DNA of 64,000 nucleotides, from positions 1,488,001 through 1,552,000 of the forward strand of contig NC_087437.1 in the NCBI RefSeq assembly GCF_036321535.1, given 5' to 3'. This document shows, in pieces, positions 1 through 12,000 of this stretch (positions are counted from its first letter, which is position 1; each line of letters opens with the position of its first letter). The notes below the pieces were generated by a model. The model did not search any database, had not been told where the DNA came from, and saw nothing but the letters and a program-made list of their open reading frames with translations. The translations under genes were made by a program, and so were the position numbers. The DNA is from Camelus dromedarius (lineage: Eukaryota).

Positions 1-3000
1 GTCTCTTTCCTAGTGCCGGTTTGATGATCCTGCAGTTTACACTACAAAAACGAGTTGGAGATATTACCTCCCCATATATGTGTATGGAGTGGAGTTTGCA
101 TATGAAAAGAAACTTTGTGTTCCCAACAAACTAGTTGAAGGACGGCTTTCACACACTGTTATCTCTCAGAACACAGCATGTGGAGAGACGTTCGTTCATC
201 TAGCACAAATGGAACGGGTTGCAGGAGAAACTTTTACTCTGATTTCTCAGTCATTTTCGTAGTGCCTGTTTGAAGTTCCTGCAGTTTTCACTGTAAAAAC
301 GATTTGGAGCTAGTACCTACCCATATATACGTATGGAGAGAAATTTGCAACTGAAATGAGACTTTGTATTCCCAACAAGCTACGTTAAATACGGCCAACA
401 CACACACATATATCTCAGAACTGTGCATGTGGAGAGACGTTCGTTCATCTAGCACAAATGGAACGGTTTGCAGGAGAAATTTTACTTTTGTTTCTCACTC
501 TGTTTCCTAGTGCCGGTTTGAAGTTCCTGCAGTTTTCACTGTAAAACCGAGTTAGAGATTTTACCACCCAATATATATGTATGGATAGGAGTTTGCAACT
601 GAAAAGAAACTTTGTGTTCCCAACAAGCTAGGTGAAGGATGGCTTTCACACACACTTATGTCTCAGAAATGAGCATGTGGAGAGACTTTCGTTCATCTAG
701 CATAAAGGGAACGGGTTGCAGGAGAAAATTTTACTCTGGTTTCTCAGTCTGTTTCCTAGTGCTGGTTTGAAGTTCCTGCAGTTTTCACTGTAAAACCGAG
801 TTGGAGCTAGTACCTCCCCATATATATGTATGGAGAGCTGTTTGCAACTTAAAGGAAACTTTGTTTTCCCAACATACTAGGTGAAGTTCGGCTTTCACAC
901 ACATTTATCTCTCAGAAATGAGAATGTGGAGTAACGTTCGATCACCAAGCACAAAGGGATCGGGTTTCAGTAGAAACTTTTACTCTGCTTTCTCAGTCTG
1001 TTTCCTAGTGACGATTTGAATTTCCTGCAATTTTCACTGTAAAACTAAGTTGGAGCTTGTACCTCCCCATATATATGTATGGAGTGGCGTTGGCAACTGA
1101 AAAGTAACTATGTGTTCCCAACAAGCTAGGTGAAGGACGGCTTTCACACACAAATATCTCTCAGAAATGAGCATGTGGAGAGACGTTCGTTCATCTAGCA
1201 CAAAGGGAACGGGTTGCAGGAGAAACTTATACTCTGGTTTTTCAGTCTGTTTCCTAGTGACGATTTGAATTTCCTGCAATTTTCACTGTAAAACTGAGTT
1301 GGTGCTTGTACCTCCCCATATATATGTATGGAGTGGCATTGGCAACTGAAAAGAAACTATGTGTTCCCAACAAGCTAGGTGAAGGACGGCTTTCACACAC
1401 AAATATCTCTCAGAACTAAGCATGTGGAGAGACGTTCGTTCATCTAGCACAAAGGGAACGGGTTGCAGGAGAAACTTTTACTCTGGGTTCTCAGTTTGTT
1501 TCCTAGTGCTGGTTTGAAGTTCCTGCAGATTTCACTGTAAAACGGAGTTGGATCTATTACCTAACCATATATATGTATGGAGAGCAGATTTTAACTGAAA
1601 GGAGACTTTGTGTTCCCAACAAGCAAGGTGAAGTATGGATTTCACACAAACTATCCCTCAGAACTGAGCATGTTGAGAGACGTTCGTTCATCTAGCACAA
1701 ACGGATCGGTTTCCAGGAGAAACTTTTACTCTGGTTTCTCAGTCTGTTTCATAGTGCCAGTTTGAAATTCCTGCATTTTTCGCAGTAAAAGCGAGTTGGA
1801 GCAAGTACTACACCATATATATGTATGGAGTGAAATTTGCAAATGAAAATAATCTTTGTGTTCCCCACAAGCTAGGTGAAGGACTGCTTTCACAAACACT
1901 TATCTCTCAGAACTGAGCATATGGAGAGATATTCGTTCATCTAGCAAAAAGGGAACGGGTTGCAGGAGAAACTTTTACTCTGGTTTCTCAGTCTGTTTCC
2001 TAGTGCCGGTTTGAAGTTCCTGCAGTTTTCACTGTAAAACCGACTTGGAGCTAGTACCTCCCCATATATATGTATGGTGTGGATTTTGCAACTGAAAGGA
2101 GACTTTGTGTTCCCAACATGCTAGGTGAAGGACGACTTTCACACACACTTATCTCTCAGAACTGAGCATGTGGAGAGACGTTCGTTCATCTAGCACAAAG
2201 GGAACGGGTTGCAGGAGAAATTTTACTCTGGTTTCTCAGTCTGTTTCCTAGTGCCGGTATGAAGTTCCTGCAGTTTTCACTGTAAAACCGACTTGGAGCT
2301 TGTACATCCCCATATATATGTAAGGAGAGGAGTTTGCATCTTAACGGAGACTTTGTGTTCCCAACAAGCTAGCTGAAGTACGGCTTTCACACACACTTAT
2401 CTCTCAGAACTGAGCATGTGGAGAGACGTTCGTTCATCTAGCACAAAGGAACGGGTGGCAGGAGAAACTTTTATTCTGGTTTCGCAGTCTGTTTCCTAGT
2501 GCCGGTTTGAGGTTCCTGGATTTTTCACTGTAAAACAGATTTATAGATATTATCTCCCCATATATATGTATGGAGTGGAGTTGGCACATTAAAAGAAATT
2601 TTGAGTTCCCAATAATCTAGGTGAAGGACAGCTTTCACACACACTTCTATCTCAGAACTGAGCATGTGGAGAGACGTTCGTTCATCTAGCACAAATGGAA
2701 CGGTTTGCAGGAGAAATTTTAATTTAGTTTCTCAGTCTGTTTCCTAGTGTCGGTTTGAAGTTCCTGCAGTTTTCACTGTAAAACCGAGTTGGAGATTCTA
2801 CCACCCAATAAATATGTATGGATAGGAGTTTGCAACTGAAAAGAAACTTTGTGTTCCCAACAAGCTAGGTGAAGGACGTTTTTTACACACACTTACGTCT
2901 CAGAACTGAGCATGTGGAGAGACGTTCGTTCATCTAGCACAAATGGAACGGTTTGCAGGAGAAATTTTAATTTAGTTTCTCAGTCTGTTTCCTAGTGTCG

Positions 3001-6000
3001 GTTTGAAGTTCCTGCAGTTTTCACTGCAAAATCGAGTTGGAGATTCTACCACCCAATATATATGTATGGATAGTAGTTTGCAACTGAAAAGAAACTTTGT
3101 GTTCCCAACAAGCTAGGTGAAGGACGTTTTTCACACACACTTACGTCTCAGACCTGAGCATGTGGAGAGACGTTCGTTCATCTAGCATAAAGGGAACGGG
3201 TTGCAGGAGAAAATTTTACTCTGGTTTCTCAATCTGTTTCCTAGTGCTGGTTTGAATTTCCTGCATTTTTCACCGTAAAACCGAGTTGGAGCTAGTACCT
3301 CCCCATATATATGTATGGAGAGCTGTTTGCAACTTAAAGGAAAATTTGTTTTCCCAAAATACTAGGTGAAGTTCGGCTTTCACACAGATTTATCTGTCAG
3401 AAATATGAATGTGAAGTAAAGTTCGATCACAAAGGGATCGGGTTGCAGTAGAAACTTTTACTCTGGTTTCTCAGTCTGTTTCCTAGTGACGATTTCAATT
3501 TCCTGCAATTTTCACTGTAAAACTGAGTTGGAGCTTGTACCTCCCCATATATATGTATGGTGTGGATTTTGCAACTGAAAGGAGACTTTGTGTTCCCAAC
3601 ATGCTAGGTGAAGGACGGCTTTCACACACACTTATCTCTCAGAACTGAGCATGTGGAGAGACGTTCGTTCATCTAGCACAAAGGGAACGGGTTGCAGGAG
3701 AAACTTTTACTGTGGTTTCTCAGTCTGTTTCCTAGTGCCGGTATGAAGTTCCTGCAATTTTCACTGTAAAACCGAGTTGAAGCTTGTACATCCCCATATA
3801 TATGTAAGGAGAGGAGTTTGCATCTTAACGGAGACTTTGTGTTCCCAACAAGCTAGCTGAAGTACGGCTTTCACACACACTTATCTCTCAGAATTGAGCA
3901 TGTGGAGAGACGTTCGTTCATCTAGCACAAAGGGAACGGGTTGCAGGAGAAACTTTTACTCTGGTTTCGCAGTCTATTTCCTAGTGCCGGTTTGAGGTTC
4001 CTGCAGTTTTCACTGTAAAACCGATTTGGAGATTTTATCTCCCCATATATATGTATGGAGTGGAGTTGGCACATTAAAAGAAATTTTGAGTTCCCTAAAA
4101 GCTAGGTGAAGGACAGCTTTCATACACACTTCTCTCTCAGAACTGAGCGTGTGGAGAGACATTCGTTCATCTAGCACAAAATGAACGTGTTGCAAGAGAA
4201 ACTTTTACTCTGGTTTCTCAGTATGTTTCCTAGTGCCGGTTAGAGGTTAATGCAGTTTTCACAGTAAAACCGATTTGGGCCTAGTAACTCCCCATATATA
4301 TATATGGGTTGCAGTTTGCAACAGAAATGAAACTTCGTCTTCCCAACATACTAGTTGAAGGAAGGCTTTCACACACTTTTTTCTCCCAGAACAGAGCATG
4401 TGGAGAGACGTTCGTTCATCTAGCACAAAGGGAACGGGTTGCAAGAGAAACTTTTACTCTGGTTTCTCAGTCTGTTTCCTAGTGCCGATTTGAAGTTCCT
4501 GCAGTTTTCACTGTAAAACCGAGTTGGAGATTGTTCCTCCCCATATATATGTATTGAGTGGAGTTAGCAACTGAAAGGAAACTTTATGTTCCCAACAAGC
4601 CAGGTGAAGGACGGCTTTCACACACATTTTTCTCTCAGAAATGCGCATTTGGAGAGACATTCGTTCATCTAGCACAAAGGGAACGGGTTGCAGGAGAAAC
4701 TTTTACTCTGGTTTCTCAGTCTGTTTCCTAGTGCTGGTTTGAAGTTCCTGCATTTTTCACTGTAAAACCGAGTTGGAGCTAGTACCTCCCCATATATATA
4801 TTTATGGAGAGCTGTTTGCAACTGAAAGGAAACTTTGTTTTCCCAACATACTAGGTGAAGTTCGGCTTTCACACACTTTTATCTCTCAGAAATATGAATG
4901 TGAAGTAAAGTTCGATCACCAAGCACAAAGGGATCGGGTTGCATTAGAAACTTTTACTCTGGTTTCTCAGTCTGTTTCCTAGTGACGATTTCAATTTCCT
5001 GCAATTTTCACTGTAAAACTGAGTTGGAGCTTGTACCTCCCCATATATATGTATGGAGTGGCATTGGCAACTGAAAAGAAACTATGTGTTCCCAACAAGC
5101 TAGGTGAAGGACGGCTTTCACACACAAATATCTCTCCGAAATGAGCATGTGGAGAGACGTTCGTTCATCTAGCACAAAGGGAACGGGTTGCATTAGAAAC
5201 TTTTACTCTGGTTTCTCAGTCTATTTCCTAGTGCCGATTTGAAGTTCCTGCAGTTTTCACTGTAAAACCGACTTGGAGCTAGTACCTCCCCATATATATG
5301 TATGGTGTGGATTTTGCAACTGAAAGGAGACTTTGTGTTCCCAACATGCTAGGTGAAGGACGGCTTTCACACACACTTATCTCTCAGAACTGAGCATGTG
5401 TAGAGACGTTCGTTCATCTAGCACAAAGGGAACGGGTGGCAGGAGAAACTTTTACTCTGGTTTCGCAGTCTGTTTCCTAGTGCCGGTTTGAGGTTCCTGC
5501 AGTTTTCACTGTAAAACCGATTTGGAGATTTTATCTCCCCATATATATGTATGGAGTGGAGTTGGCACATTAAAAGAAATTTTGAGTTCCCTAAAAGCTA
5601 GGTGAAGGACAGCTTTCACACACACTTCTCTCTCAGAACTGAGCATGTGGAGAGACGTTCGTTCATCTAGCACAAAATGAACGTGTTGCAAGAGAAACTT
5701 TTACTCTGGTTTCTCAGTCTGTTTCCTAGTGCCGGTTAGAGGTTAATGCAGTTTTCACAGTAAAACCGATTTGGGCCTAGTAACTCCTCATATATATATA
5801 TGGGTTGCAGTTTGCAACAGAAATGAAACTTTGTCTTCCCAACATACTAGTTGAAGGAAGGCTTTCACACACTTTTATCTCCCAGAACAGAGCATGTGGA
5901 GAGACGTTCGTTCATCTAGCACAAAGGGAACTGTTTGCAGGAGAAACTTTTACTCTGGTTTCACAGTCTGTTTACTAGTGCCGGTTAATCGTTCCTGCAG

Positions 6001-9000
6001 TTTTCACTGTAAAACCTAGTTGGAGCTATTACCTCCCCATATATATGAATGGAGTGGAGTTGGCACCTGAAAAGAAATTTGTTGTCAACAAGTTAGGTGT
6101 AGGACTGCATTCACACACACTTATCTCTCAGAACTGAGCATGTGGAGAGACGTTCGTTCATCTATCAAAAAGGTAACGGGTTGCAAGAGAAACTTTTACT
6201 CTGGTTTCTCAGTCTGTTTCCTAGTGCCGATTTGAAGTTCCTGCAGTTTTCACTGTAAAACCGAGTTGGAGATTGTTCCTCCCCATATATATGTATTGAG
6301 TGGAGTTAGCAACTGAAAGGAAACTTTATGTTCCCAACAAGCCAGGTGAAGGACGGCTTTCACACACATTTTTCTCTCAGAAATGCGCATTTAGAGAGAC
6401 ATTCGTTCATCTAGCACAAAGGGAACGGGTTGCAGGAGAAACTTTTACTCTGGTTTCTCAGTCTGTTTCCTAGTGCCGGTTTGAAGTTCCTGCAGTTTTC
6501 ACTGTAAAACAGATTTGGTTCTTGTACCTACACATATACATGAATGGAGAAGATTTTGCATCTGAAAAAATACTTTGTGTTCCCAACAAGCTGGGTGAAG
6601 GACGGCTTTCACACACACTTATCTCTCAGAACTGAGCATGTGGAGAGACGTTCGTTCATCTAGCACAAATGGAACGGGTTGCAGGAGAAAATTTTACTCT
6701 GGTTTCTCAGTCTGTTTCCTAGTGCCGGTTTGAAGTTCCTGCATTTTACACTGTAAAACCGTGTTGGAGCTAGTACCTCCCCATATATATATATGGAGTG
6801 GATTTTGCAACTGAAAAGAAATTTTGTTTTCCAAACAAGCAAAGTGAAGGACGGCTTTCACACACACTTATCTCACAGAACTGAGCATGTGGAGTGACAT
6901 TCCTTCATCTAGCACAAAGGGAACGGTTTGCAGGAGAAATTTTACTCTGGATTCTTAGTGTGTTTCCTAGTGCCGGTTTGAAGATCCTGTAGTTTTCACT
7001 GTAAAAACGAGTTGTAGCTAGTACCTCACCATATATATGTAAGGAGGGGAGTTTGCAACTGAAAGGATACTTTGTGTTCCCAACAAGCTAGGTGAAGTAA
7101 AGCTTTCACACACACTAATCTCTCAGAAATGAGCATGTGCAGAGACGTTCGTTCATTTAGCACAAAGTGATCGGGTAGCAGGGAAAACTTTTATTCTGGT
7201 TTCTCAGTTTGTTTCCTAGTGCCGGTTTGAAGTTCCTGCAGTTTTCACTGTAAAAGAGATTTGGAGATAGTACGTACACATATATATAAATGGAGATGAT
7301 TTTGCATCTTAAAAAATTCTTTGTGTTCCCAACAAGCTGGTTGAAGGACGGCTTTCACACACATTATCTCTCAGTACTGAGCATGTGGAGAGACGTTCGT
7401 TCATCTAGCACAAAGAGATCGGGTTGCATTAGTAAGTTTAACTTTGGTTTCTCAGTCTCTTTCCCAGTGACGATTTGAAGTTCCTGCTTTTTTCACTGTA
7501 AAACCGAGTTGAGGCTATTATCTTTTCATATATATGTATGGAGTGTTGTTTGTACCTGAAAAGAAACTTTGTGTTCCAAACAAGCAAAGTGAAGGACGGC
7601 TTTCACACACACTTATCTCTCAGAACTGAGCATGTGGAGAGACAATCGTTCATCTAGCACAAAGGGAACGGTTTGCAGGGAAATTTTACTCTGGTTTCTC
7701 ACTCTGTTTCCTAGTGCCTGTTTGTATATCCTGCAGTTTACACTGTAAATCCGAGTTGGAGCTAATACCTCCCCATATATATATGGTTTGGAGTTTGCAT
7801 CTGTAAAGAAACTTTGTGTTCCCAACAAGCAATGTGAAGAACGGCTTTCACACACATTATCCTCTCAGAACTGAGCATGTGGAGAGACATTCTTTCATCT
7901 AGCCCAAAGGTAACTGGTTGCAGTAGAAACTTTTACTCTGGTTTCTCATTCTGTATCCAAGTGCCGGTTTGAATTTCCTGCAGTTTTCACTGTAAAACAG
8001 ATTTGGAGCTAGTACGTCCCCATATATATGTATGGAGTGGATTTGGCAACTGAAAAGAAACTTTATGTTCCCAACAATCTTTATGAAGTACGGCTTTCAC
8101 ACACACTTATATCTCAGAACTGAGCATGTGGAGTGACGATCGTTCTTCTAGCACAATGGGAATGCGTTGAAGGTGAAACAGTTACTGTGGATTCTCAGTC
8201 TGTTTCCTAGTTCCGATTTGAAGTTCCTGCATTTTTCACTGTAAAACAGTGTTGGAGCTAGTACCTCCCCATATATATTTATGGAGTGGAGTTGGCAACT
8301 GAAAAGAAACTTTGTGTTCCCAACAAGCTAGGTGAAGGACGGCTTTCACACACACTTATCTCTCAGAACTGAGCATGTGGAGAGTCGTTCGTTCATCTAG
8401 CACAAAGGGAACGGTTTGCAGGAGAAACTTTTACTCTGGTTTCTCAGTCTGTTTCCTACTGCCGGTTTGAAGTTCCTGCATTTTTCACTATAAAACCGAG
8501 TTGGAGCTAGTACCTCCAGATATATATGTATGGAGAGGAGTTTGCAACTGAAAGGAGACTTTGTGTTCCCAAGAAGCTAGGTGAAGGACGGCATTCACAC
8601 ACACTAATCTCTCAGAACTCAGCATGTGCAGAGACGTTCGTTCATCTAGCACAAAGTGATCCGGTAGCAGGGGAAACTTTTATTCTGGTTTCTCAGTCTT
8701 TTTCCTAGTGCCGGTTTGAAGTTCCTGCAGTTTTCACTGTAAAAGAGATTTGGAGCTAGTACGTACACATATATATGAATGGAGATGATTTTGCATCTGA
8801 AAAAATACTGTGTGTTCCCAACAAGCTAGGTGAAGAACGGCTTTCACACACACTTATCTCTCAGAACTGAGCATGTGGAGAGACGTTCGTTCATCTAGCA
8901 CAAATAGAACGGGTTGCAGGAGAAAATTTTATTCTGGTTTCTCAGTCTGTTTCCTAGTGCCGGTTTGAAGTTCCTGCATTTTACACTGTAAAACAGTGTT

Positions 9001-12000
9001 GGAGCTAGTACCTCCCAATATATATATATGGAGTGGATTTTGCAACTGAAAAGAAATTTTGTTTTCCAAACAAGCAAAGTGAAGGACGGCTTTCACACAC
9101 ACTTATATCCCAGAACTGAGCATGTGGAGAGACATTCGTTCATCTAGCACAAAGGGAACGGTTTGCAGGAGAAAATTTACTCTGGATTCTTAGTGTGTTT
9201 CCTAGTGCCGGTTTGAATATCCTGCAGTTTTCACTGTAAAACCGACTTGGAACTAGTACCTCCCCATATATTTGAATGGAGTGGTGTTTTACCTGAAAAG
9301 AAACTTTGTGTTCAAAACAAGCAAATTGAATGACGGCTTTCACACACACATATCTCTCACAACTGAGCATGTTGAGAGACGTCCGTTCATGTAGCACAAA
9401 GGGAATGGTTTGCTGGAGAAATTTTATTCTGGATTCTTAGTTTGTTTCCTAGTGCCAGTTTGAAGATCCTGCAGTTTTCACTGTAAACTGTGTTGTAGTT
9501 AGTACCTCCCCATATATATGTATGGATGGGTATTTGCAACTGAAAGGAGACTTTTTGTTCCGAACATTCTAGGTGAAGGACCGTTTCACACACACTTATC
9601 TCTCAGAAGTGAGCATGTGGAGAGACCTTCTTTCATCTAGCACAAAGGGAACTGTTTGCAGTAGAAACTTTTACTCTGCTTTCTCAGTCTGTATCCAAGT
9701 GCCGGTTTGAATTTCCTGCAGTTTACACTGTAAATCCGATTTGGAGCTAGTACCACCCCATATATATGTATGGAGTGGATTTGGCAACTGAAAAGAAACT
9801 ATATGTTCCCAACAATCTTTATGAAGTACGGCTTTCACACACACATATATCTCAGAACTGAGCATGTGGAGTGACGTTCGTTCATCTAGCACAATGGGAA
9901 TGTGTTGCAGGTGAAACATTTACTGTGGTTTCTCAGTCTGTTTCCTAGTTCCGTTTTGAAGTTCCTGCATTTTTCACTGTAAAACAGATTTGGAGCTAGT
10001 ACCTCCCCATATATATGTATGGAGTGGAGTTGGCAACTGAAATGAAACTTTGTGTTCCCAACAAGCTAGGTGAAAGACGGCTTTCACACACACTTATCTC
10101 TCAGAAGTGATCATGTGGAGAGAAGTTCGTTCATCTTGCACAAAGTGATCGGGTAGCAGGAGAAAATTTACTCTGGTTTCTCAGTCTGTTTCCTAGTGCC
10201 GATTTGAAGTTCCTGCAGTTTTCACTGTAAAACGGAGTTGGAGCTTGTATCTCCCCATATATAAGTATTGAGTGGAGTTTGCAACTGAAAGGAGACTTTT
10301 TGTTCCCAACAAGCTAAATGAAGGACTGCTTTCACACACACTTATCTCTCAGACCTGAGCATGTGGAGAGACACACGTTCATCTAGCACAAAGGGAACTT
10401 TTTGCAGGAGAAATTTTACTCCGGATTCTTAGTGTGTTTCTTAGTGCCGGTTTGAATATCCTGCAGTTTTCACTGTAAAACCGAGTTGGAGCTAGTACCT
10501 CCCCATATATATGTATGGAGGGGTGTTTGCATCTGAAAGGAGACTTTGTGTTCCGAACAATCTATGTGAAGGACGGCTTTCACACACACTTATATCTCAG
10601 AACTGAGCATGTGGAGAGACGTTCGTTCATCTAGCCCAAAGGGAACTGGTTGCAGGAGAAACTTTTACTCTGGATTCTCAGTCTGTTTCCTACTGCCGGT
10701 TTGAAGTTCCTGCCGTTTTCACTGTAAAATTGAGTTGAAGCTAGTACCTCCCCATATATTTGTGTGGATTGTTGTTTGTACCTGAAAAGAAACTTTGTGT
10801 TCCAAACAAGCAAAGTTAAGGACGGCTTTCACAACACACTTATCTATCAGAACTGAGCATGTTGAGAGACATTCGTTCATCTAGCACAAATGGAACGTTT
10901 TGCTGGAGAAATTTTACTCTGGATTCTTAGTGTATTTCCTAGTGTCAGTTTGAAGATCCTGCAGTTTTCACAGTAAAACGAGTTGTAGCTAGTACCTCCC
11001 CATACATATGTATGGATAGGAGTTTTCAACTGAAAGGAGACTTTGTGTTCTGAACATTCTAGGTGAAGGACGGCTTTCACACACACTTATCTCTCAGAAC
11101 TGAGCATGTGGAGAGACGTTCGTTCATCTAGCTCAATGGGAATGGGTTGCAGGAGAAATTTTACTTTGGTTTCTCAGTCTCTTTCCTAGTGCTGATTTGA
11201 ATTTCCTGCAGTTTTCACTTTAAAACCGAGTAGGAGCTTGTACCCACCCATATATATGAATGGAGTGGAGTTTGCAACTGAAAGGAGACTTTGTGATTCC
11301 AACAAGTTAGGTGAAGGACGACTTTCACACACATTTATCTCTCGGAACTGAGCATGTGGATAGACGTTCGTTCATCTAGCACAAAGGGAACTGGTTGCAG
11401 TAGAAACTATTACCTTGGTTTCTCAGTCTGTTTCCTAGTGCCGGTTTGATGTTCCTGCAGTTTTCACTGTAAAACCGATTTGGAGCTAGGACCACCCCAT
11501 ATATATGTATGGAGTGGACCTTGCACCTGAAGAGAAACATTGTGTTCCCAACAACATAGGTGAATGACTGCATTCACACACACTTATCTCTCAGAACTGA
11601 GCATGTGGAGAGACGTTCGTTCATCTAGCACAAAGATAACGGGTTGCAGGTGAAATTTTTCTCTGGTTTCTCAGTCTGTTTCCTAGTGCCGTTTTGATGG
11701 TCCTGCAGTTTTCAATGTAAAACCGAGTAGGAGCTAGTACATCCCCATATATATGTATGGAGTGGAGATTGCAAATTAAAGGAGACTTTGTATTCCCAAC
11801 AAGCTAGGTGAAGACGGCTTTCACACACATTTATCTCTCAGAAATGAGCATGTGGAGAGACGTTCGTTCTTCTAGCACAAAGGAAAAGGGTTGTAGGAAA
11901 AACTTTTACTCTGGTTTCTCAGTATGTTTCCTAGTGCCGGATTGAAGTTCCTGCAGTTTTCACTGTAAAACAAATTTGAAGCTAGTACCTCCCCATTTAT

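Noticed and set aside
2176..2212. CENP-B box (TTCG...CGGG in each monomer)
   Set aside because: TTCG and CGGG are 20 nt apart, whereas the canonical box nTTCGnnnnAnnCGGGn needs 7.
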